NCBI GenBank assembly: GCA_963676105.1
Contig: OY781039.1
Coordinates: 270,001-302,000, forward strand
Length of the DNA stretch: 32,000 nt
Origin: Erysipelotrichaceae bacterium
Lineage (GTDB): Bacteria; Bacillota_I; Bacilli_A; Erysipelotrichales; Erysipelotrichaceae
Direction: 5' to 3'
Positions within the stretch are counted from its first letter, which is position 1, and the number at the start of each line of letters is the position of its first letter. Position numbers and translations under genes: made by a program. Positions 16,065 through 24,060 of the stretch are shown piece by piece. The notes beneath the pieces are model-generated. The model was not told the origin of the DNA, did no database searches, and was given only the letters and a program-made list of their open reading frames with translations.

Positions 16065-17589
16065 TACAATTTTAGTTCTAGACTTCGGGTCTCAATATAA
16101 TCAACTCATTGCACGTCGAATTCGTGAAATGGGTGTGTTCTCAGAATTACTTCCAAATGATGTAGATCTTAAAAAAGTGATCACACCAGATGTTAAAGGG
16201 ATTGTTTTTTCAGGTGGTCCTAACTCAGTTTATGATGATGGGGCGCTATCTGTAGATCCTGCAATCTATGAATTAGGTTTACCTATTTTAGGAATCTGTT
16301 ATGGGATGCAACTGATGACCTATCAATTACCAGGAGGAAAAGTAGAACCTGGAAAACTTAGAGAATATGGTCCTGCTGATATTCATGTTTTAAATGAAAC
16401 GCATTTATCTCATACGATGCCTTTAACCCAAAAGGTTTGGATGAGTCATGGTGATCATGTCGCATCTATTGCGGATGGCTTTAAAATTGATGCGAAAAGC
16501 AGTCATGACGTGATTGCGGTTATTTCTGATGAATCACGTAAATTTTATGGTTTACAATTCCATCCTGAAGTCAGAAATAGTGAATATGGTAATCAATGGT
16601 TATCAAACTTTGTTTTTGATGTATGTAAAGCAGAAGCAAACTGGAAATTGGAAGATTTCATTGAACAACAAGTTCAAGAAATTAGAAATACAGTTGGGAC
16701 TGATGAAGTTTTATGTGCACTATCAGGGGGTGTTGATTCATCTGTTGTCGCTGCTTTATTACACAAAGCGATTGGTCCACAACTCACTTGTATGTTTGTT
16801 GATCATGGTTTACTACGTTTAAATGAGCGAGGTATGGTTCGTGATATGTTTGAAGGTCACTTCAAACTTAATTTAGTGGTTGTTGATGCTGAAGAGCGTT
16901 TCTTAGGAAAACTCGAAGGTGTTGATGATCCTGAAAAGAAACGTAAAATTATTGGGACAGAATTCATTCGTGTCTTTGAAGAAGAAAGTTCTAAACTAAC
17001 GACTGTTAAATGGTTAGCTCAAGGGACTTTATATACAGACGTTATTGAGTCTGGCACAAAAACAGCTCAAACCATTAAATCTCACCACAATGTGGGTGGT
17101 CTACCAAAAGATATTCAATTTAAACTCATTGAACCACTTAATAAACTATTTAAAGATGAAGTTAGAGCTCTAGGATTACTTTTAGGCTTAAGTGAAGAAA
17201 TGGTTTATCGTCAACCTTTCCCAGGTCCTGGACTAGCGATTCGTATTATTGGTGAAGTCACAAAAGATAAATGTGATTTAGTCCGTTATTCTGATGCGAT
17301 TTTTCAAGAAGAAATCGTTAATGCTGGTTTACAACGTGATATATGGCAATACTTTACCGTTCTTACAAATATCAGATCTGTAGGGGTCATGGGTGATCAA
17401 AGAACTTATGATTATGCCTTGGGTTTAAGAGCTGTTTCATCTATTGATGGTATGACAGCTGATTACGCTAAAATTCCTTATGAAGTTTTAGATAAAGTAT
17501 CTAAACGTATTGTTAATGAAGTACGTGGTATTAATCGAATTATTTACGATATTACACCTAAACCTCCTGCCACAATTGAGTGGGAATAA
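16057..17589 (+). CDS. guaA: GMP synthase (glutamine-hydrolysing)
   Basis: [17 protein letters not shown], the PP-loop SGGVDSSV and a C-terminal ...PPATIEWE. I prefer the GTG at 16057 (AGGAGG at 16039..16044) because GuaA normally starts a few residues before ILVLDFG. It overlaps the guaB stop. Confidence 0.85.
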   Translation: MADTILVLDFGSQYNQLIARRIREMGVFSELLPNDVDLKKVITPDVKGIVFSGGPNSVYDDGALSVDPAIYELGLPILGICYGMQLMTYQLPGGKVEPGKLREYGPADIHVLNETHLSHTMPLTQKVWMSHGDHVASIADGFKIDAKSSHDVIAVISDESRKFYGLQFHPEVRNSEYGNQWLSNFVFDVCKAEANWKLEDFIEQQVQEIRNTVGTDEVLCALSGGVDSSVVAALLHKAIGPQLTCMFVDHGLLRLNERGMVRDMFEGHFKLNLVVVDAEERFLGKLEGVDDPEKKRKIIGTEFIRVFEEESSKLTTVKWLAQGTLYTDVIESGTKTAQTIKSHHNVGGLPKDIQFKLIEPLNKLFKDEVRALGLLLGLSEEMVYRQPFPGPGLAIRIIGEVTKDKCDLVRYSDAIFQEEIVNAGLQRDIWQYFTVLTNIRSVGVMGDQRTYDYALGLRAVSSIDGMTADYAKIPYEVLDKVSKRIVNEVRGINRIIYDITPKPPATIEWE

Positions 17590-17594
17590 ACTAA

Positions 17595-18995
17595 ATGAAT
17601 TTTGCTAAACAACAATTAAATCAAAAACATCTGTTTATCGGCTTAATTGTTTTTAGTGTAAGTTATCTTCTTTTGCCAAATAATCTATTTACTTATGAAG
17701 CTAAGTTAGCTATGTCTAGCTTAGCTTTAATGATTTATTGGTGGATAACACGGCCTATTCATATTGCGGTAACAGCTTTATTGCCAATTGCCTTGAACAG
17801 TGTTTTTTCTTTTGCTAGCATGTCGAATATCCTTGCTAATTATTTTTCTCAAATTGTTGTGTTACTTCTTGGAGCAAATATATTAACGCTAGCTTGGAAG
17901 AAAACAGGTTTAGATAAACGAATAGCCTTAAAATCATTAAACTTAATTGGAACAAATGTTAAATATCAATTGATTGTATGGTTTATGTTATCAATTTTAT
18001 TATCAAGCGTATTACCCAATGCGGTTGTGGTAGCAGCATTGTCACCTATAGCATATTCAATGATGACATATCTAGATGAATCTTCAAGTAATCAATCGAT
18101 TCTTCATATGATATTGTTGATGATTGTTTGGGGCGCTGGTTTAGGTGGATTTGGTACACCGTTAGGTGGCGCAATGAATTTAGTTGCGATTACCCATATT
18201 GAAAATTATATTGGTAGAGAATTTATGTTTATTGATTGGGTTCTAACAATGGTCCCTTATATCTTTCTTTTGTCTGTAGGTTTCGTTTTATATATTCTAT
18301 TTCAAAAATATGAACAATCTAAGATAGAAGGAAGTCATGATTACTTCATTCAATCCTATAAAGCATTAGGGAAAATGAGTAAAGCTGAAGTTGTTTCGCT
18401 CGTCTTATTTACAATTCCTGTGATTTTGTCCTTTATACGACCTTTATATGCAAATTTATTGCCTGATTTTAAACCATTTTTTGCCTTTATGGTTTTCGCA
18501 TTATTTGCTTTTGTGATTAGTGATGATGAAAAAAATCTGATAATGACATGGGAGTATGCACAAAAGAATATCAACTGGGGACTAATGATTTTGTTTTCAG
18601 GTGGTTTGGCGATTGGTAATATTTTAATTGAAACAGGTGCCATTGAAAGTTTATCTACAATTATTCAGTTATTGAATTTAAAAAATATTAGTTTGATTAT
18701 TATAGTCATTTTGATTTTAGCTATGTTTTTAGCGAATGCGTCTAGCAATACGGCAGCGGTAGCTATTTCTGTACCTTTAGTGATAGGAATTATGAATTCT
18801 TTTGATCTAAATACATTGGGCTTTGTTTATATAGCAGTAGCCGCAAGTAATTGTGCTTTTTTATTTCCAACCTCAATTCGAGCTATTTCGATAGGTTTTG
18901 GAATTACACCTGATTATCTCTTTAAAAAGGGGGTAATTGGTGTGTTTATTAGTTTTATCATTTTGTTTACTTATGCTTTGTTTGTGATTAGTTAA
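17595..18995 (+). CDS. DASS/SLC13-family anion:cation symporter
   Basis: 466-aa polytopic ORF with WWITRPIHIAVTALLP and an SNT hairpin motif (ANASSNTAAVAI). It starts 6 nt after guaA. Confidence 0.65.
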   Translation: MNFAKQQLNQKHLFIGLIVFSVSYLLLPNNLFTYEAKLAMSSLALMIYWWITRPIHIAVTALLPIALNSVFSFASMSNILANYFSQIVVLLLGANILTLAWKKTGLDKRIALKSLNLIGTNVKYQLIVWFMLSILLSSVLPNAVVVAALSPIAYSMMTYLDESSSNQSILHMILLMIVWGAGLGGFGTPLGGAMNLVAITHIENYIGREFMFIDWVLTMVPYIFLLSVGFVLYILFQKYEQSKIEGSHDYFIQSYKALGKMSKAEVVSLVLFTIPVILSFIRPLYANLLPDFKPFFAFMVFALFAFVISDDEKNLIMTWEYAQKNINWGLMILFSGGLAIGNILIETGAIESLSTIIQLLNLKNISLIIIVILILAMFLANASSNTAAVAISVPLVIGIMNSFDLNTLGFVYIAVAASNCAFLFPTSIRAISIGFGITPDYLFKKGVIGVFISFIILFTYALFVIS

Positions 18996-19045
18996 TAAAT
19001 TTGTGTGTTAATAGCGTTTACTTTGTGAAAAATAGATTTAAAATT

Positions 19046-19073
19046 ACGTATTCTATCATAAATACGTTTTTTT
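19046..19073 (+). terminator. Rho-independent terminator (AT-rich stem)
   Basis: Stem ACGTATT (19046..19052) pairs with AATACGT (19061..19067), followed by a T-run. Confidence 0.55.
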
Positions 19074-19094
19074 ATAACAAATGTCAAAATTGCT

Positions 19095-19151
19095 TTGACA
19101 GGATTTTCACAATATGTTTAAATTAATGTATTAATTGTTAAAAGATTAACA
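19095..19151 (+). promoter_or_regulatory. Candidate promoter plus two abutting palindromes upstream of the sulfur/selenium operon
   Basis: TTGACA (19095..19100), a 17-nt spacer, then TTAAAT (19118..19123) preceded by TGt. Palindromes are AATTAAT-gt-ATTAATT (19121..19136) and TGTTAA-aaga-TTAACA (19136..19151). Confidence 0.4.
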
Positions 19152-19186
19152 TATTTGAACAAGTTATATTATAAGGGGAGTTCAGA

Positions 19187-19909
19187 ATGAGTGAAACAAC
19201 AACAAGAAGATCATCAAGAGCAGGCGGTCGAGCTCGTAAGAAAAAAATGAATCAAATTCCTATCGCATTAGGGGTTTTTCTTTTGATTACAGTCATCGCT
19301 ATTTATCTCACATTAAGAAATGAAACATTAGGGCTATTTTGGTTAATAGGTATTGCTTTTGGCTTTATCCTCCAAAGAGCTCGTTTTTGCTTTACCGCTT
19401 CAATGCGTGATCCATATTTAACAGGATCAACGACTGTAACACGTGCTGTGTTAATTGCGTTTGCGGTTAGTTCAATTGGTATTACAGCGATTAAATACGG
19501 ATACCTAATGAATGGTTTAACTGTTCCAGGATCAAGTTATATTGTGCCTATCTCTATTGCGACAGGTGTTGGTGCGTTTATGTTTGGTGTGGGTATGGTT
19601 ATAGCCGGTGGATGTGCATCAGGAACACTAATGCGAATTGGTGAAGGGTTCTGGATGCAATTACTATCATTATTTTTCTTTGTAGTCGGCTCACTATGGG
19701 GCGCACATGATTTTGGATGGTGGTATAGAAACTTCATGGTAAGTGGTAAACGTGTCTTCTTACCTGATTACTTTACGAATTTATTTAATTCAACTGCTTT
19801 TGGTTGGTTTGTTGGATTGCTTACAAATTTATTAATTATCTTAGGATTATATATTGCAGCTCACAAATGGGAAAATCGCAAAAAAGATCCAGATATGGAA
19901 AGTCATTAA
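19187..19909 (+). CDS. YedE/YeeE-family (Sulf_transp) membrane protein corresponding to the C-terminal half of E. coli YedE
   Basis: 240-aa ORF with LQRARFCFTASMRD and AGGCASGTLMRIGEG, and a basic N-terminal tail. GGGGAG SD is present. Confidence 0.8.
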   Translation: MSETTTRRSSRAGGRARKKKMNQIPIALGVFLLITVIAIYLTLRNETLGLFWLIGIAFGFILQRARFCFTASMRDPYLTGSTTVTRAVLIAFAVSSIGITAIKYGYLMNGLTVPGSSYIVPISIATGVGAFMFGVGMVIAGGCASGTLMRIGEGFWMQLLSLFFFVVGSLWGAHDFGWWYRNFMVSGKRVFLPDYFTNLFNSTAFGWFVGLLTNLLIILGLYIAAHKWENRKKDPDMESH

Positions 19910-19947
19910 ACATTTTTAAATAAGATACATAATGGAGGAACTTAAAA

Positions 19948-20175
19948 ATGGCTAAAGAAGTAGTATTAGATTGTCTAGGTGAGGCTTGTCCTGTACCGCT
20001 CGTAAAAGCAGAAAAAGCATTAGAAAAATTAGCATCTGGGGATGTGCTTATTGTGCAAATTGACCACAGTTGTGCGATGAAAAATGTACCTGAATGGGCA
20101 CGTAAACAAGGTCATGAAGTTGAACTTGAGGAAGTTGATGATGGCGAATGGGAATGCATCATCGAAAAGAAATAA
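19948..20175 (+). CDS. TusA/YedF/YeeD-family sulfur-carrier protein, copy 1
   Basis: 75-aa ORF with the CPxP motif (GEACPVPLV). GGAGGA SD lies 8 nt upstream. Confidence 0.85.
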   Translation: MAKEVVLDCLGEACPVPLVKAEKALEKLASGDVLIVQIDHSCAMKNVPEWARKQGHEVELEEVDDGEWECIIEKK

Positions 20176-20199
20176 TTTAGTTATCGGAGGAAATATAAA

Positions 20200-20427
20200 A
20201 TGGCTAAAGAAGTAGTATTAGATTGTCTAGGTGAGGCTTGTCCTGTACCGCTCGTAAAAGCAGAAAAAGCATTAGAAAAATTGGCATCTGGCGATGTACT
20301 TATCGTTCAAATTGATCATAGCTGCGCAATGAAAAATGTGCCTGAATGGGCACGTAAACAAGGTCACGAAGTTGAACTTGAAGAAGTTGATGATGGCGAA
20401 TGGGAATGCATTATTGAAAAGAAATAA
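20200..20427 (+). CDS. TusA/YedF/YeeD-family sulfur-carrier protein, copy 2 (protein identical to copy 1)
   Basis: 75-aa ORF with the same amino-acid sequence as copy 1 and 15 synonymous nucleotide differences. GGAGGA SD lies 8 nt upstream. Confidence 0.85.
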   Translation: MAKEVVLDCLGEACPVPLVKAEKALEKLASGDVLIVQIDHSCAMKNVPEWARKQGHEVELEEVDDGEWECIIEKK

Positions 20428-20454
20428 ACGTATACATTAAGTGGAGGAAATTTT

Positions 20455-21003
20455 ATGAAGAAGTTTTTTGACAACATTAAAAAGAATGAATTCTACCTAA
20501 TGTGGTTTAAAAATGCTTGGCCATATGTGACAGGTGGTGTCTTATTAGCACTATTTCAAATCGTTACATTTGCGACAACTGGTAACCCTTGGGGTGTATC
20601 TGGTGTCTTCGCTAACTGGGGAGCATGGTTATTTGAAGCTGTTGGTGGATCTGTTGATGAATGGTATTACTTTTCATCTCCAGGTGCTCAAGCTACTTTA
20701 ACAAACGGATTTTTAGATGACGCAGGTACATGGCGAAACTTAGGTATTATCTTTGGTGCTTTGTTCTCAACGTTAATCGCATCTGGATTTAAATTCAAAA
20801 AAATCAAATCTGTTCGTCAAGTTGTTGCGGCAGTCTTAGGTGGTTTATTAATGGGTTATGGTGCACGTATTGCTTATGGATGTAACATTGGTGCGCTATT
20901 CTCAGGGATTGCATCTCTATCATTATCTGGTTGGGTATTTGCAATCTTTATGTTTGCAGGCGCAGTTGTTGGTAGCAAACTATTAGTTAAGTATTTTATG
21001 TAA
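20455..21003 (+). CDS. YedE/YeeE-family (Sulf_transp) membrane protein corresponding to the N-terminal half of E. coli YedE
   Basis: 182-aa ORF with TGNPWGVSGVFANWG and GYGARIAYGCNIGALFSG..SLSGW. GGAGGA SD is present. Confidence 0.8.
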   Translation: MKKFFDNIKKNEFYLMWFKNAWPYVTGGVLLALFQIVTFATTGNPWGVSGVFANWGAWLFEAVGGSVDEWYYFSSPGAQATLTNGFLDDAGTWRNLGIIFGALFSTLIASGFKFKKIKSVRQVVAAVLGGLLMGYGARIAYGCNIGALFSGIASLSLSGWVFAIFMFAGAVVGSKLLVKYFM

Positions 21004-21013
21004 AGGAAAAATT

Positions 21014-22231
21014 ATGGCTAGAGAAAAAAAAGTAGAACAATATGATGTAGTTGTAGTAGGTGGTGGGGCTTCAGGTCTTACAGCCGGTATCTATTGTGGA
21101 CGCGCTAAACTAAAAACTTTAATTGTTGAACAAGCATTAGTTGGTGGCATCGCAACAAATACAAACGAAATTGAAAATTATCCTGGTTTCCCAGATGGTA
21201 TTTCAGGAATAGATCTTATGAATCTATTTAAAGATCAAGCAAAGAAATTTGGTTGTGACTTTAAATTAACAAACATTAAAACAGTCGATTTCTCATCAGA
21301 TGTAAAAATTTTAGAAACATTTAGAAATCGTTATGAAGCAAAAGCCGTTATTATTGCGAACGGTTCAAAACCTAGAGTACTAGGGATTGAATCAGAAGAA
21401 CAATATATTGGCAAAGGGATTGCGTTCTGTGCAACATGTGATGCAGCAGCAAATACTGGCAAAACAGTCGTCGTTGTTGGATCAGGAGATGCTGCTATTG
21501 AGGAAGGTATATTCCTAACTAAATTTGCTGATAAAGTTATTGTTTCAGTTTTACATGATGAAGGCATTATGGATTGTAATGAAATTGCGAAAGCAGCAGC
21601 TTTGGCAAATCCTAAAATGGAATTTAAATGGAATACAGTTGTTAATGAATATGTCGGTGGCGAAGAGCTAGATGGTGTTGTTCTTAAAAACGTTAAAACT
21701 GGCGATTTAGAAAGAGTTGATTGTGCAACTTGCTTCTTATTTATAGGTTATGTTCCTAATACAGCAATTTACGAAGGTGTCATAGATATGACAAGTCGTG
21801 GTTATATTCTAACTGACGAAGTAATGCGCACAAGTGCTCCTGGTGTATTTGCAGCAGGTGATGTTCGTGATAAATTCTTACGTCAAGTTGCGACATGTGT
21901 AGGTGATGCAGCCACAGCTGGTGTTATGGCTGAAAAATACATTGCTGAAAGTGAAATCTTTGAAGAACAAATCATGGTCGGTAATGGTGTTGCTTATGTG
22001 TTTGAAGCAATTGATGCAGATCAAAGAAACTTTTTATCTACTATTGAAAGCTTAGAAGAAAGTCATTCAGGTGTTGCATTCCATAAAGTGGATACTTATA
22101 AATCAAAAGGTTTAGCTGTACGTTTAGGTGTTAGTGAAATGCCTGCCGCAGTCATTATTAAAGAAGGCAAAATTTCTGAAACAATTTTAAAAGATAAATT
22201 AACTAAAGAAGCAATCGAAGAAGCACTTTAG
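21014..22231 (+). CDS. Thioredoxin-reductase-like FAD flavoprotein (CATC) fused to a Cys-less thioredoxin-fold domain
   Basis: 405-aa ORF with VVVGGGASGLTAG, CATCD, GSGDAAIEE and GVFAAGDV. The C-terminal ~95 aa show a Trx-like pattern (VAYVFEA...KVD...LGVSEMPAAVIIKEGK) with no cysteine. Confidence 0.8.
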   Translation: MAREKKVEQYDVVVVGGGASGLTAGIYCGRAKLKTLIVEQALVGGIATNTNEIENYPGFPDGISGIDLMNLFKDQAKKFGCDFKLTNIKTVDFSSDVKILETFRNRYEAKAVIIANGSKPRVLGIESEEQYIGKGIAFCATCDAAANTGKTVVVVGSGDAAIEEGIFLTKFADKVIVSVLHDEGIMDCNEIAKAAALANPKMEFKWNTVVNEYVGGEELDGVVLKNVKTGDLERVDCATCFLFIGYVPNTAIYEGVIDMTSRGYILTDEVMRTSAPGVFAAGDVRDKFLRQVATCVGDAATAGVMAEKYIAESEIFEEQIMVGNGVAYVFEAIDADQRNFLSTIESLEESHSGVAFHKVDTYKSKGLAVRLGVSEMPAAVIIKEGKISETILKDKLTKEAIEEAL

Positions 22232-22245
22232 GGAGGAGTACATTT

Positions 22246-23139
22246 ATGAAAAAAAGATTACTCATTATTCTAAGCGCTTTAATATTGTCGTCATTATCAG
22301 CATGTGCAAATTATGATTTTGGTGAAACTGGTCAATATATTGTTACTGCTGATGAAGTTGAATCACTTGTTGCTGATGGGGCTATTGTTGTAGATGCTCG
22401 TTCTGCTGAAGATTATTTAGTGGATCATTTAGCTGGTGCAATTAATATTCCTATGGGAGCACTTGTAGTAAATGAACCATATGCGAATATGCTGCCTGAA
22501 GCAGATCAAATTGAAATGGTTATGGGTGCAGCAGGTGTTAGTGAAAATGACACATTGCTTATTTATGACAACTCAAACAATATGTTAGCGGCACGTGTTC
22601 AATGGACACTAAATATGTATTCAAACTTTAATGTCAAAGTGATTAGTGGTGGTTATCAAGCACTTATTAATGAAGGGCTTGAAATGAATACGACAAACAC
22701 CACTTTACCTGAAACTGTTTATACTGCAGGTGAATATCAAAAGACACTAATTACTTCATTAGCTTATATCAATTCAACATTGAATATTCCTGATGAAAAT
22801 ATTGTCATTATTGATACAAGAAGTGCTGAAGAATACAATGCTGGAACAATTCCAGGTGTATTGCATAAAGAATATGTATGGACGATGTATGCAAACGGTG
22901 TTTATAAAACGGTTGATGACTTACAAAGTACCTATTTAGATGAAGGCTTAATGCCTGATACAAGAATCATTCTATTCTGCAAAACATCGGTTAGAGCAGC
23001 TCAAGTTTATACAGCTCTTAAAGATGCAGGATACACTGATGTACGGATATATGATGGAGCATGGTTAGAATACTCTGAACTTGGAGAAGTCTGGGTTCCA
23101 TCTTCAAATATCACACCAACGAAGCAAGACGCTTCATAG
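22246..23139 (+). CDS. Tandem-rhodanese (thiosulfate/3-mercaptopyruvate sulfurtransferase-like) lipoprotein
   Basis: Signal peptide with lipobox LSAC. The N-domain is inactive (IYDNSNN) and the C-domain has the active loop FCKTSVRAAQ. GGGAGGAG SD is present. Confidence 0.8.
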   Translation: MKKRLLIILSALILSSLSACANYDFGETGQYIVTADEVESLVADGAIVVDARSAEDYLVDHLAGAINIPMGALVVNEPYANMLPEADQIEMVMGAAGVSENDTLLIYDNSNNMLAARVQWTLNMYSNFNVKVISGGYQALINEGLEMNTTNTTLPETVYTAGEYQKTLITSLAYINSTLNIPDENIVIIDTRSAEEYNAGTIPGVLHKEYVWTMYANGVYKTVDDLQSTYLDEGLMPDTRIILFCKTSVRAAQVYTALKDAGYTDVRIYDGAWLEYSELGEVWVPSSNITPTKQDAS

Positions 23140-23149
23140 AGAGGGAAAA

Positions 23150-24031
23150 ATGAAAAAATTATTAGGTTTACTCGTAGCTACAATGATGGTATTCTCACTT
23201 ACTGCATGTAGCTCAGACACAGCTGCAGATGATACAACAGCTGGTGATGAAGTTACAGTGAATGCAGTAGAAGCTGCTGCAACTGCTTACTTTGCAGAAT
23301 TTGATGGCAACAATATCGTTGCTTGGGCAGATGTATTTGCGATGATCGATGCAGGGGATGCTCCTTATATCTTAAGTATCCGTTCAGCGGATGATTATGC
23401 TGCAGGTCATATCGAAGGTGCAGTTAATGCTGCTTGGGGTGCTGACTTAGCATCTAAAGTTGCTATGTTACCAACAGATCAACCGGTTTATGTTTACTGT
23501 TACTCAGGACAAACTGCTGGTCAAACAGTTGCATTATTAAATATGATGGGTGTTGAAGCATATTCAATTAAATCTGGATTTGTTAATGGCGCGATGACTA
23601 CTGAAGGTTACGAAGCATATGTTTCAACTGATGCTGTTGAAATGAGTGATGCTGGAGCTTCATTTGATGCAGATGTATTAGCTTTTGTTCAAGATTACTT
23701 CAATGCTATTCCTGAAGGTGGAAGTAATATCGTTGCTGCGACTGATGCTCAACCATTAATCGAAGCTGGTGACAAAGTTGTTATGGATATCAGATCAGCT
23801 GATGATTATGCTGCTGGTCATATCGAAGGTGCTATTAATGTTCCTTACGGTGCAGGTATGCAAGAAAACTTTGCTCAATTTGAAGGACAATCAATCGTTG
23901 TTACTTGTTACTCAGGACAAACAGCTGGTCAAACAGTTGCTATCCTACGTGCGCTTGGTTACGATGCTGTATCACTTAAGAGTGGTATGGGTGGTTGGAC
24001 TGGATCTGAACTACCTGTTGTTACTGAATAA
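23150..24031 (+). CDS. Lipoprotein with two catalytically competent rhodanese domains
   Basis: Start set at MKKLLGLLVATMMVFSLTAC (lipobox LTAC, SD GAGAGGGA) rather than the track start 23081. CYSGQTAGQT occurs in both domains. Confidence 0.8.
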   Translation: MKKLLGLLVATMMVFSLTACSSDTAADDTTAGDEVTVNAVEAAATAYFAEFDGNNIVAWADVFAMIDAGDAPYILSIRSADDYAAGHIEGAVNAAWGADLASKVAMLPTDQPVYVYCYSGQTAGQTVALLNMMGVEAYSIKSGFVNGAMTTEGYEAYVSTDAVEMSDAGASFDADVLAFVQDYFNAIPEGGSNIVAATDAQPLIEAGDKVVMDIRSADDYAAGHIEGAINVPYGAGMQENFAQFEGQSIVVTCYSGQTAGQTVAILRALGYDAVSLKSGMGGWTGSELPVVTE

Positions 24032-24060
24032 AATACAAATTATTTTATAGGAACTACATT

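Larger units (their letters stand above)
19948..20427 (+). repeat. Tandem gene duplication, 252-bp period
   Basis: Direct comparison of 19948..20175 with 20200..20427 gives 213/228 identical nucleotides. The first 83 nt are identical. Confidence 0.95.

Noticed and set aside
16514-16822. 102-aa plus-strand ORF
   Set aside because: It is out of frame inside guaA, whose own frame carries all the GMP synthase motifs.
18356-18643. 95-aa minus-strand ORF
   Set aside because: It is antisense to the DASS permease gene and has no start context.
19948-20427. Tandem tusA copies as a trivial recent duplication or assembly artefact
   Set aside because: Fifteen substitutions and unrelated flanking and SD contexts argue against a collapsed or duplicated read artefact or a very recent event. 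Read-level confirmation is still advisable.
23081-23149. N-terminal extension of the second rhodanese ORF that overlaps the first
   Set aside because: ATG 23150 has its own SD and begins a canonical lipoprotein signal peptide. The extension would bury that signal.
19537-24050. Small nested ORFs 19537-19737 (minus), 21331-21567 (minus) and 23769-24050 (plus) within the sulfur operon
   Set aside because: Each lies inside a gene with strong motif support in another frame or strand. None has an SD.
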